Positions 13,021 through 24,984 of a stretch of DNA of 64,000 nt are shown in pieces; position 1 is the stretch's first letter; the number at the start of each line of letters is the position of its first letter. The stretch is from Octopus sinensis (lineage: Eukaryota): NCBI RefSeq assembly GCF_006345805.1, contig NW_021832715.1, positions 38,897 to 102,896 of the forward strand, written 5' to 3'. The translations under genes and the position numbers were made by a program. Below the pieces are notes generated by a model. It was not told the DNA's origin and did not search any database. It saw nothing but the letters and a program-made list of their open reading frames with translations.

Positions 13021-13265
13021 TTAACACTTTGCCTGACCAAGGTGTTTTCATTAGTTTGTCCTCAACATCCATCTATGCTTGTTTTTCTGACTTTTAATCA
13101 GCCCTTGTTTTGGACATTCCAAGTAATATAAAACATTCCTTTCATAAATCCCAAGTTATTCTAGAAGTTGAAAAAAACTGGGAATACGTTTCATATTTGA
13201 TGCATAGATGCCAAGGAAAAATATCTTATGGATCCCATATGATATATGGCACAGGCAAAGGGTTA
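13021..13265. mobile_element. TTAA MITE, first of a tandem pair
   Basis: ttaacactttgc...gcaaagggtta termini. Homologous to 13291-13930. Confidence 0.65.
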
Positions 13266-13290
13266 TATTAAAACTGGGTTTTATCCACTC

Positions 13291-13930
13291 TTAAACCCTT
13301 TGCCTATCAAAAGCATTTTTGTAACTTTGTCCCAAAAGTCCATGCTTGTTTTCAGGCTTTTAGTTAGCACATATTTAATGTTTTCGAGTAATACTCTTTA
13401 CTCTTTTCAGTCATTTGATTGTGGCCATGCTGGAGCACCACCTTTAGTCGAGCAAATCGACCCCAGAACTTATTCTTTGTAAGCCTAGTACTTATTCTAT
13501 CGGTCTCTTTTGCTGAACCGCTAAGTTATGGGGATGTAAACACACCAACATCGGTTGTCAAGCGATGTTGAGGGGGACAAACACACACACACTCACATAT
13601 ATATATACATATATACGATGGGCTTCTTTCAGTTTCCATCTACCAAATCCACTCACAAGGGTTTGGTCGGCCTGTGGCTATAGTAGAAGACACTTGCCCT
13701 AGGTGCCACGCAGTGGGACTGAATCCGGAACCATGTGGTTGGTAAGCAAGCTACTTACCACACAGCCACTCCTGAGCCTACAAAACATAATATAAAACAT
13801 TCATTTTACAGATCCCAAGTTATTCTAATGGTTGAAAAAAAAATGGGAGTGTGCATCATATATGAGGCATGGATGCCAGGGAAATATGTCCTGTATATTA
13901 CATGTGATACAAGGTCACGCAAGGGGTTAA
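13291..13930. mobile_element. TTAA MITE, second copy, interrupted by a family A SINE
   Basis: ttaaaccctttgc...gcaaggggttaa termini. Both halves align to 13021-13265. Confidence 0.7.
13392..13780 (-). mobile_element. Family A SINE nested in a MITE
   Basis: Full-length match to the 10342 copy. Confidence 0.9.
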
Positions 13931-15600
13931 ACCCATTTTTGCTTTCATCAAGTAGAGTAATCCTCAGATCAAAGCCAATCAAACCATCATCATTCCAACT
14001 TTTTGTAATGTCTCTGATTAACTGATATTTTTTGTATCATTATTTACTTTTAAGACTATACATTGTGGGTTAGAGAGAGATTTGGTTGTTGTTCCTAGCA
14101 TGACAACCCCTGAGTTACATTCCACGTCTCATGGAACTCCTAAAAAAACATGTCTTTATTAATCTTTTTCTTTCTCTTTCATAAAGTTAAGTGTCATGAG
14201 ATTAAACAATCATAAAATCGTTGATTTGGTAGTGCTAAATCTATCAGCCATCACAAAGAAATTTTGTCTTTAACCAAAACCTTGCCAACATTAATTTCCT
14301 CTGCAATCCCTATTTAGAGGTTGTTTCTCATGCAGAGTCTCCTTATCTCTTAGGGATGCCAGTATTTTGAATATTCTAAGCATTTATAAGAAAATTACAA
14401 ATATAAAATTTATCACAGAAATAACTAAAAAATGCAATTTTGTATAATTAGACTATCTATCATGTTTTAACTTTGCAACTTCTTGTAGTACTCTAGGATG
14501 TTGGGAAATGGTTTTCAGCTATTTTTTTTACCTGTGGATCCCTTTGATTCCTGTTTCATTTGGATGAACTCTCATATTTTATAATTAAATATTAGTAGGA
14601 ATTGTATTTTAAAAATTGTTAAAATATTGAATTGTTGAAGTACAACCAGTTTTACTGTACATAAATTTTAATTATGAAGCCTTACATGGACCCTGGTACC
14701 ACTAGCATAGGGGAATCCCAGTTTGGAAAACTATAGCTTAGGGGCTCCTTCATTGGTTCTTGAATAATTCAGTCTTGTAAAAACTTAAATTACAGGCAGA
14801 TATAATACTAAACATTATTTGCTCTGTTTAATTTTAATATCATCGTCCTGAGTTTTGAGTTCAATCCAATGGTATGATGTTACTGTTTTAGCACCCTGAT
14901 TGAGCAGACAGACCCACTATCTCAAAGGTGTTCCAGCTTTTTTAGGGATGTTGAGAATTATCTAAAGTGTTCTATACTTTTTCCATTTTCCTTTCAAGCT
15001 CTATGATCAGTTGTACTAGAAGGATCATTCCATAGATAAATGCCTTGCGTTAATTATTCCAGGTCCTTAGATTCATAGTTGAAATCCTTTTAAGGTCATC
15101 TTTGCCTTTCATCTCACTTCATAATGCACTAATAAAATATTGGGGTTGATTCTTTTCACTCTTTCATCTCTCTCTCTCTCTCTCTCTCTCTGTATCTCTT
15201 TCTCTTTCCCTGCCTTTCTCTCACTCACCCTCTCTTTTTAGACAGTGGGGTGGGATTCGAGGATGTGATTTTTGCAGGGTGAGTGCTCGTGTTCAGATTT
15301 AAGTATAGATAGGTGAAGCAAACTAATGTGAATTGACTGTGAAATATAGGTATGGTAGAGAAAGAATAAAAAGACGAGGAATGAGGAGGAAAAATCTTGA
15401 GATGAGTGAGATCTGGGTCTGCTTCATCAGAGCTGATCTGAGCCTAAATGCCTAGAAAATAATGATCATATCTCTAACAATTTTACTACATATATTAGCT
15501 GATATCTTTAATGTTATTTCCTTTTATTATCTTTAACTGCTTTTTCTTGCAGCCTCCCTCCCTGATCTCTCTCTCTCTCTCACACACATACCTTACTTAC

Positions 15601-15633
15601 ATTGCTCAGCCTTTTATGCAAATTAATAATTTT
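15601..15633 (-). CDS. Candidate 33-nt exon (KIINLHKRLSN), phase 0-0
   Basis: Acceptor tattttcag, donor AAT|gtaagt, a single open frame. No homology support. Confidence 0.3.
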
Positions 15634-16159
15634 CTGAAAATATTTTTAAAAAAATGTATTTCCCTGTATTTCTTATGAAAGAAGAAATTCTCTGTGCACG
15701 TGTGTGTGTATCTATTTCTGCTTCATTATGCCTAATCCATGTTCTAAAAATAAATGTAAGCATACTAGTTAGAATAGTAACCAAAATATTTCAAAAGTGC
15801 TTATCTAATATTATAGATAATAGATTCCGCTTACTATTCTGCAAATATAGAAAAAAAGTCAATCATACTTTTTCCTTTTTCTTTAAATCCCATTATTATC
15901 ATTATTATTATTACTATTACTACTACTAGTAGTAGTAGTGTTGAGTTGGCAGAATCATTAGTGTCAATAAAATGCCATGTAATCTTTCTGGCTCTTTATA
16001 TTCGGAGTTTAATTCTTGCTGATGTCAACTTTTTCTTTCATCTCGCCAGAGTTGATAAAATAAAGTACCAGTCAAGTACAAGGATTTATGGTATACAATC
16101 CCTGCCTCTCTCCTTGAAATTGCTGGCTTTACAGCCAAATCAGAAACCATTATAATTAT

Positions 16160-16455
16160 CATTTTCATATACACACAACAGATCAGACTGTTGGAAAAGA
16201 AAAAAAAATGCTAACATCGGGCTACAACAAGTAACCTTAGATGCCAAGAACCCTCCTATGTATTCTAGCTGTCCCTAATAACACTGTTTTCTGCAGCTGT
16301 TCTAAACTGGGTTTTATGCCTATTTTTTCCTGTACCCATCAGTTCGAATCTTTAGGGATAGTTCCCAATGCACCTATAACTACTGGGATACACTTTACTT
16401 GCACTTTCCATAGTCTCTGTAATTCAAAAGCTAGTTTCTGGCTCTTTGCTATTTC
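16160..16455 (-). pseudogene. 3' end of an R4/Dong-like RLE retrotransposon
   Basis: KLAFELQRLWKVQVKCIPVVIGALGTIPKD..EKIGIKPSLEQLQKTVLLGTARIHRRVLGI*, the typical RLE C-terminus. 5' truncation abuts a (GAT)n-like tract. Confidence 0.88.
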
Positions 16456-17149
16456 ATCGTCATCTTCGTCGTCATCAACATCGTCAACATCATCAACATC
16501 ATCACCAACACCACCAAGGTAGAAAGCTGGCAGGATTGTTAGCATGCCAGACAAAATTCCAGAGGTTGACTTTGCTTTTCATTGTTTTGGAGTCGATAAA
16601 ATAAGTACCAGTGAAACACAGGGGTTGATGTAATCAACTAGACCCCTCCAACCAAAATTCCAGGCCTTGAACCTTTAGTAGAAAGGACTATTATTAATTT
16701 TTAAAGATTTCCTTGATATCTACTATGTTTACACATTATCCACCAGGCTCTAACTACCCAGATATCTATGGTAGATAAGATATAATGTTCTTAATATAAA
16801 AGATGGTCCAGGTGGCAAGCTGGCAGAATTATTAGCACACCAGGCAAGATGCCTAGCAGTATGTTGTCCTTCTCTATGTTGTGAGTTCAAGTTCTGCCAA
16901 GGTTGATTTTTTTTTTTTTTTTTTTTTTTTTTTCCCTCCTTTCATTCTTTCAGGATCAATAAAATAAGTACCAGTTGGGCACTTGAGTCAATCTAATCAA
17001 CTTGGCCCCCTCCCTCAAAATGCTGGCCTTGTGCCAAAACTTGATACCAATATATAAGTTGATTATATGATGTTGAAAAGCAGAAGGACTGGATAAATTC
17101 TTGAAAAAAAGAGCACGTTCACATGAGTGAGATATGAAAATGCTATCAA

Positions 17150-17430
17150 ATTTGAGTTGATAGATCTTTTTGTAAAACATGCTCAGTGTCCATTTTCTTT
17201 CCTACACTTCTTTTGATCATGGATTTTGCCTGGTTTCATATCTATGAATTTCTTTGTTCCTTTCTTTATTACCCTGAGTTTTTCTATGATAACAAGTATT
17301 AGTGTGGTTTCTCATTTTCCACATTTTGGTAATCTCTATATCTAGGTCTTTGTACTTGGGTACTTTTTTATTAAGTCCTTTGACTACGATATTGTTGTCC
17401 ATGTAGACAGCCAAAGCAATTAGAAAATAA
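17150..17430 (-). pseudogene. Second diverged R4/Dong-like RLE 3' fragment
   Basis: AVYMDNNIVVKGLNKKVPKYKDLDIEITKMW, then after a frameshift LVIIEKLRVIKKGTKKFID. Confidence 0.75.
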
Positions 17431-18346
17431 ATTTCATCAATATGATTTTTTATTCTTATATCTCTTATATACTGTTGGTATTATTATTATTATCATTCAG
17501 TAGTTTTATTTTTATAACGTGCTTTCACTTCACTACCGAGTGCAGCTCTGTGTGCCTTGGGTATGTGTTGTGATGCTCTGATGGTTACTGTATTGAAAGT
17601 GTTCTGCATATTATTATTATTATTATTACTACTACTACTATTAAGGTGGCAAGCTGGCAGAGTTGTTAGCATGCCATATGAAATGCTTAGCGGTATTTCA
17701 TCTGCCACTATATTCTGAGTTCAAATTCTGCTGAGGTCAAGTTTACCTTTCATCCTTTTGGGATTGATAAATTAAGTACCAGTTAAGTACTGTAATCAAT
17801 GTAATCGACTAGTCCAGTCCTCCCATATTTCAGGCCTTGGGCCTATAGTAGAAAGGATTATTATAGCTCTGTTGGTAGAGCTTTAGACTTTTAATCTCAA
17901 GGTTGTGGATTCATGTCCCTTTGCATGAAGACTTTCATTTTTGAAGGCAGTGATCTGGCAGAACCATTAGTATGCCAGAGAAAATGCTTAGTGGTATTTT
18001 GTCCATCTTTATGCTCTCAGTTCAAATTCCAAGGTTGACTTCGTCTTTATCCTTTCGGGGTTGATAACAGAAGTACTAGTGAAGTAGAGAAGTACATGTA
18101 ATCAGCTAGTCTCCTTCTCTCACAAAATTTCAGGTCTTGTGTCTAAAGCATAATTATTAATTTTATTATTGTTATTCTTGTTATTATCATAATAAAATGG
18201 AGCAATGGTTTTAATTCTGATTTCCCTACCACTCCACAATTGTATCTATTTTCATTCAGTTTTGTCCCGTCATCACTGTTTGTTACCTGCCACTCCTATT
18301 TTACCAAAGTGGTTGGCTATCAGGTTGTCTGTGAGATATCATAATC

Positions 18347-18731
18347 TTAACCCTTTATTCATAGTGTTTTGAATTATTCATTCTCTTAGCTTTGAGATCT
18401 TGATATTAATTGATCATTTTTGGAATGACATTGTACAGGAGGTGTGACAGGCCAAATCAGGATAGTTTGAACATAAAACAGGTAGAGTGTTTTGGTCAAA
18501 TACAACCAATTTAAATGCAAAGGGGTTAACATATTAGTTACCATATTTCTCTTGAAATACATTGTCCTTGTTTCAATTAATTAAAAAAAAAATAAAGACT
18601 ATCTTAGTAAAATAATTTTATCATTATTAATCTGGTGTTTGGAACTTAAAACAAAATTTTGTGGATAGTTTTAACTTAGTTCTCTAAAGAGCTAGGGGTA
18701 GTCTCAGGTGGCTTAGTATCAAAATGATTAA
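18347..18731. mobile_element. Two abutting TTAA MITEs sharing the TTAA at 18526-18529
   Basis: ttaaccctt...aaggggttaa (family F-like), followed directly by a second AT-rich MITE-like element ending ttaa at 18731. Confidence 0.55.
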
Positions 18732-18809
18732 AACAGATTCAAATACATATTTCAACAATTTATTTGTATCATTTTTTCTCCTTCATTTCCCTCATCTTGC
18801 TCTTTATAT

Positions 18810-19001
18810 CATCATCGTCGTTTAACGCCCGTTTTCCATGCTAGCATGGGTTTGACGGTTTGACCGTGGTCTGGGAAGCGAGGAGGCTGCACCAGGCTTC
18901 AGGTTGATCTGGCAGTGTTTCTACAGCTGGATGCCCTTCCTAACGCCAAACACTCTGTGAGTGTAGTTGACATTAGGAAGGGCATCCAGCTGTAGAAACA
19001 C

Positions 19002-19002
<1 letters not shown>
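18810..19002 (-). mobile_element. Family D 3' fragment with terminal fold-back
   Basis: (CAT)n-gtttaacgcccg tail, ggatgcccttcctaacgcc domain, then an inverted copy of that domain. Confidence 0.85.
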
Positions 19003-19039
<37 letters not shown>

Positions 19040-19611
19040 ATATGGTAGTTGTTGTTCACTGGAGTTACTATTTCTTTCTCTCCCTCTCCCTCAAATACAC
19101 TCTCTTACTCTTTCACTCACACTCCTCTCCTCCTCCTCCTCCTCCTTTTAGCATTGACTTATTGTCGATGTGAGTTAATCAGTAATGGCGATGTGGTGGG
19201 GAGGCTACTCACACAATATCTCCTTTCCTTCAACCAAACTTAAAACTTGAAATAGGGACTAGCAACCTCTTCTTAGCTAGCATGTTACAAAAAAATGTAT
19301 TACAAATGTTAAAGAACATGATGGACATGGCTGGAGCAATGTGTTGTACAGCAAAGAAACTTTTTTTTAAAAATAAACAAAATAGCTTAATTAAATTTCC
19401 TATAAATTTTTGGTGTGAGTTGCAAAAAGTATCATTGAAATGAATACATAGTTAATGATGGAAACAGATAATTAAGCTAATGATACTCTGGAAAAGTTAA
19501 AACGAGAGAAAATAAAACACTAAATTAAAAATTGTCAATGATTATGTTGTTGAAGATAATACATGCAGTAACAACAAGGATGTTTTATTGCTAGAAATGT
19601 ATTAATTGTAG

Positions 19612-19920
19612 CTATGTATAGCCTAGTGGTTAGGGTGTTGCACTCATAATCATGTGGTCAAGGTTTCGATTCCCAGATTGGCAATGTGTTGTGTTCTTGA
19701 GCAAAAACACTTCAACTGTAGAATGGATAATCCTGCAATGGACTGGCATTCCAGTAAAGGGGAATCTTGGGAATCTTCACTCAGAAGGTGTCAATCTCTG
19801 TAATGCCTCAGCTCAAGGCTATAGAATATGACATTTACTCAAGATGTCACAGAACAGAATCAAAACCAGGACTTTTTGATTCTGAAGTGAACATCTTAAT
19901 CATTCAACCATAAGGTGCTC
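19612..19920 (+). mobile_element. Degenerate tRNA-headed SINE with a V-domain-like segment
   Basis: tagcctagtggttagg...gtttcgattccc head; cctgcaatggactggcattccag resembles the V-SINE core. Confidence 0.5.
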
Positions 19921-20328
19921 ACATGTATACATGCTTATGCATGTATACATACATTATATACATAGATATGTGGTAAGAAGTTTGCTTCATAACGACATGG
20001 TTCTGGGTTCAATCCCACCGTGAGCCACCTTGGGCAAGTGTCCCCTGCTATTCACAAACCAAAGCTTTGCGAGTGGACTTAGTGGATGGAAACTGAAAGA
20101 AGCCCATGATGTGTTACTGTTCTTTTACCTTGACATTGCATGATAGTTGTAAACAAGTCTTTGTTATGCAAGCAGTGTTTCTCATTTTCAATCTTCTGTG
20201 GAAACCTGTTTGGAAGTGTTACCTTTCTTGGAAAGAGCTTGGTGACAGGAAAAACATTCAGCCATAGCAGATCTACCTCAAAATTCCATCTGACCAATGC
20301 AAGCATGGAAAAGTGGACATTAAAATGA

Positions 20329-20384
<56 letters not shown>

Positions 20385-21287
20385 CAACAACAAAGCCATT
20401 TATGGCTCAACCAGTATATTGTTGTCAAATGTTTCAATAATCAAATAATTTCATTATAAAAATATTGGCGCTGCCATTATACTATCAGAGGCATTGGTTT
20501 CTCCTTGCATAAGTGAAAGACTGTCAGCTCTCAGCTACGGGTCACTTGCTTGATTCTGTGTCCATTTATGTGAACACATGAATCAATTATAGAAATGCAT
20601 TCTATTATCGAGACATCACAAACCACTCTTCTTTATGTTGCAATGGTTTAAACTCGACAGATGAACAATAGTATTATTAAATTGATACAACTGCATAATG
20701 TCATAAAGGTTATGCAATATTATTGATTGCGACAATCAATAATTTAGATATCAGTATGATCAAAAACAATGGTGATTGATGTAGTTTGACTTTGATAGGC
20801 TGGACAGTGGTTACTGGGAAGATAGATACAATGGAATATATAGCAGAATATGTACCAAAGAAGAGTAAATAACGTAGCTGACACTCTAGTGGACAATCAC
20901 TGGAATAACAGGTGCTTGATGTGACATTTGAATTCACCACCTGTCATGTGTAGATGGCTTGAAGAGACCACCTGTCATGTGTGGGGAGGATGAAAGTTCT
21001 GTCAACATTATTTTCAATAGGAAACTGCTGTTTTGAAACTCCTAGATATTTAGTTTTGTAAGCGTAAAGCTTTTTACCATGAGTGACCTTTCAGAATAGC
21101 AACTGGGAGCAATGCGATGATTAATTACTATCATTATAATAAAGGGTTTGCGTGTGCACACGCATGCACACACACACAGACCACATACCATTGTTTTTCT
21201 ACACTCACTTTCCCATCCTTGTATGGGTCAAACAGAATTCATTAGGGAAGATTTTCTACACTGTTGCTCTTCATGTCATCATGTATG

Positions 21288-21338
<51 letters not shown>

Positions 21339-21425
21339 TATAGGAAGAGTTTACAAAAAAACAAAAGACAGGTGGTGTACAAAACAAACAGATGTATTAG
21401 TATAACGTTCAGGAATAGAAAAAGT

Positions 21426-21461
21426 CTTTTACGTTTCGAGCCTATGCTCTTCTTCAAAAAG
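21426..21461 (-). ncRNA. Minimal type-I hammerhead-like motif (C3U core variant)
   Basis: Minus strand: cttt-UUGAAGA-a-gagc(auag)gcuc-GAAAC-GUA-aaag. Stems I and II pair. Confidence 0.6.
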
Positions 21462-22006
21462 GGACATAGAAAAAACAAGGAGAGAAAAAAAAATGTGTGT
21501 AGTGGCTAACGATCTATCATATATATATATGTGTGTGTGTGTGTGTAAAATACTTCAAATGTAAATGAATAATTCTGCAATGGACTGGCATTCCAGTCCG
21601 GGGGAATCTTGGGAATCTTCACTCAGAAGGTGTCAATCTCTGTAATGCCTCAGCTCAAGGCTATAGAATATGACATTTACTCAAGATGTCACAAAACAGA
21701 ATCAAAACCAGGACTCTGTGATTCTGAAGTGAACATCTTAATCATTCAGCCGTAAGGTGCTCGCTATAAACATGTATACATACATTATATTTCTGTGACA
21801 GTTAGAGGTTGGGAAAGCAACCAAGGGATAGTGCCTATCCAATATACTGCTGGTAGATCTTTTGCCCTTTTCTGTAATATGTTACTACATGTGTATATTG
21901 TCTTCTAATACTTTCTGATGCTTTGGAATAGACACACTGGAAGAATGTCTGTCTACCGGATGATGTATGTCGTTTTGTATCCTCTCCATTTTCTTATCTG
22001 CCGTAT

Positions 22007-22033
<27 letters not shown>

Positions 22034-22056
<23 letters not shown>

Positions 22057-23070
22057 CTCGTACCAAGTTAATTTGTTCGTTACTCTGTTCATTTCTTCAA
22101 ATCCCGATTGTTTTAAGTCTACTGTCCCCAATCAAAATCTTCGCAGCCCGCCATTCGTTCGCGGTTTAAATTCTTAAAAATTTTTTAAAATGCCTCGGTA
22201 TGAAGATATTTCGTTCGTCCTCCGCCATTACTTTCAATCAAAACTTCCGTCTTTCCAACCCACTTCCGGTGAACCTATATAAATAATCACCTCGTGTGCT
22301 TATCTTTCATTCACCCCTTCTTGACCACACAGCGATGATCATAGCAAGCAAGCTAAGAATTCTCATTTCATCTCTTCCTGACTCTTGTACTACACACATA
22401 CATTTGCTGCTAACCTTAAATGTTCGAATCTATTCACTAACTCTGCTTGTTCTTAAAATATAACCCTTTAATTTGTTTATCCCCTCGGTACCAGTTAATT
22501 TGTTCGTTACTCTGTTCATTTCTTCAAACCCCGATTGTTTTAAGTCTACTGTCCCCAATCAAAATCTTCGCAGCCCGCCATTCGTTCGCGGTTCGCCCGC
22601 CCTCCCACCCCCACCACCCATACCGGAGAACACTCTGTTTACACCATCCTCACCAGATATCCCCTCTACCACCGCCACCACTACGTGTGTCTGTTCCTCC
22701 TACCCCTCCTCCTCAATATACTTTCTCATTATGTATTTTACCCCTGCCTCTCTCCCCCTGGACAGAAGCAGCTAGCGCTGCAGCTCATCAAACGTCCCAC
22801 TTAACCTGTTATCTTATGTTCCTCCTGTTTTGAAATGTGTCACTGCCTCAACCGGCTATCTCCTTCCAGCCCCCTCCCCCACTCTTGATATCCTACGTTT
22901 TACTTCCTACTTTTCATTCTGTCTAGAACCTGCCACCAACCCTACCTGTCATCGTTTCTCTTTACCCCAAACCTTCCCCACTGGTGCTCCCCTATATTAC
23001 ATGCACCCCCCACCACTCTCTCTCCCTCTGCCGGAACCCTCCCCCCCCTGCCGCAATGCAACGAAAAAAG
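22034..23070. repeat. Unclassified CpG-rich insertion with an internal ~120-bp direct repeat
   Basis: tatcccctcg..ttaatttgttcgttactctg...cattcgttcgcgg near 22031 and near 22478. Begins at a (TA)n tract. Confidence 0.6.
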
Positions 23071-23072
23071 GC

Positions 23073-23301
23073 AATAACCGATCGTGGCCGATGCCAGACC
23101 CCTCTGGCACCTGTGCAGGTGGCACGTAAAAAGCACCCACTACACTCGCGGAGTGGTTGGCGTTAGGAAGGGCATCCAGCTGTAGAAAATCTGCCAGATC
23201 AGACTGGAGCCTGGGGCAGTCCCTGCTCCCCAGACCCCGGTCATACCGTCCAACCCGTGCTAGCGCGGAAAACGGACGTTAAACGATGATGATGATGATG
23301 A
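23073..23301 (+). mobile_element. Family D 3' portion
   Basis: ggtggcacgtaaaaagcacccactac...ggaagggcatccagc...ggacgttaaacgatgatgatg. Confidence 0.85.
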
Positions 23302-23390
23302 TAGGTGGGGTTGTGATAAGAAGTTTGCTTCCCAACCACATGGTACTAGGTTATGTCTTTCTGCATGGCACTTCGGTCAGCTATTCTTTA

Positions 23391-23543
23391 TTAACCCTTT
23401 CGATACCAAACCTTAGTCACTATTTATGTTCCTAACACTAGCTTAATGATAACTAAGTTACTTTATTAAATTCTTTGTTATATTTAAAGTAATTGAAAGA
23501 AACACAGAGCATTTCAAAATAAATACAGTAATGAAAGGGTTAA
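23391..23543. mobile_element. piggyBac-type MITE (family E), internally deleted, opposite orientation to the 35-kb copies
   Basis: ttaaccctttcg...gaaagggttaa; body is the reverse complement of 35539-35767. Confidence 0.8.
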
Positions 23544-24100
23544 ACAAAGATGGTCATGCTTAATTAAGGTTAAACAGAATTAAAACAACAACAAAACTAA
23601 TTTTGAGACTCCATCCCCACCCCTCATTTTTCTTTTGCAACTGTGGATCTTGAAGCACAATCCCTTTTAGATAGAAAAAAGTTAAAAGGTGCCCATGGAA
23701 CTCAAATCCTCATCTACAAAATAAAATTTTTGTTGGTAAGAATAAAGTTTCTAAAATGGATATATTTGAAGGATTGCTTTGGCTCAGTGGTAGAATGCCT
23801 GCCTTGTCCATAGGAAGTGTAGTTTCAAATCACACTGTCATTGACTTTTTCTATCTAAAAGGTTTTCCAACAAAATACTTATTTGCTGTTTAAAGCTTTG
23901 TGTGCTTCCAGATCCATTCTTCTAATAAGAGATTATTTCATGTTCTCTCAAAGGTTTATAATTTTAATATAATTTTTTTGTTCCCATGACACTCTATAAT
24001 ACATCTGTTTTTACTTTTTTCTTTTATTATTATGTCATCTTTATATAACTTGTAACATGTACTAAATGTAACAAATTGAGATCTCAATCATCATCATTAC

Positions 24101-24147
24101 ATCTCAATGTGGTTGTTTAAATCTGTTAGAAATAATTGTCTATCTCC
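24101..24147 (-). CDS. Candidate 47-nt exon (GDRQLFLTDLNNHIE), phase 0-2
   Basis: Acceptor gtggtttcag, donor GAT|gtaatg, a single open frame. Confidence 0.3.
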
Positions 24148-24939
24148 CTGAAACCACATATATTTAAAACATTTGATAATGAGGTCTGGGGACAATAACT
24201 GTGTTTGAGATAAAAAAAAATAAAATGAGGTGGTTATGAGTGAAATAACTTTTGATCATTGTTTTGCTAGAAAATGGCTGATTTGGGGCTAAATGACAAC
24301 AATTTATGTAATAAAAACAAACTTCCTGCTTCTTCTAATGAATCTATCCAATCAGAATGAAAAATAATTAAAAAATAAAACAGTAAACACCTCCACCACC
24401 AGCACTACTACTATCATAATAACTATGATGACAATTAATAATAATTAAACATAATATATCTTCATTATCAATAATAAAGAATATAATTATCTCATTGATG
24501 GTAGTGCTTCCTTAATTGGAAGCTTATTTAAGCATGTTAAAGTTAATGACAGCTGTATAAAATCCATTTTCTCATAGTGGTGCAGGCATGGCTATGCGGT
24601 TAAGAGCTGTGCTGTTGTGTGGTTTTGGGTTCAATTCTACTGTATGGCACATTGGGCAAGTGTTTTCTCTTATAGCTTCTGGACAACCAAAGTCTTGCGA
24701 GTCTAATTTGGTGGGCTAAAATTGTGTTGAAGTTCGTTATATAATTAATCAACATATGACGTAAAAAAGCGTCTCTGGTGCAATAAACATTATTAAATAT
24801 GTATACTAATGTATATGTATTGTGTATTTTCTGGTGGCTGCAATGGCCTAATGAAATATATAACTCCCATGTCACCAGTGTTAAAACACCTTAGGTTCAT
24901 GGGCAGGCAAGATAACTCTCCTTCAGCCGCATTTGGAAA

Positions 24940-24984
24940 TGATGGACATTGATGTTTCGTCATTTTTGTGACTTGTCAGCATTA
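24940..24984 (-). ncRNA. Near-canonical type-I hammerhead ribozyme motif (G8A)
   Basis: Minus strand: aug-CUGACAA-guca(caaaaa)ugac-GAAA-ca(ucaa)ug-UC^-cau. All three stems form with a GUC triplet; one core mismatch, at a CpG. Confidence 0.6.

Noticed and set aside
18287-18328. 42-nt exon candidate (NLIANHFGKIGVA), phase 1-1
   Set aside because: Weak pyrimidine tract and not in phase with the neighbouring candidates.
20936-20981. 15-bp direct repeat as a TSD
   Set aside because: Only 16 bp lie between the copies; a simple 31-bp-period micro-duplication.
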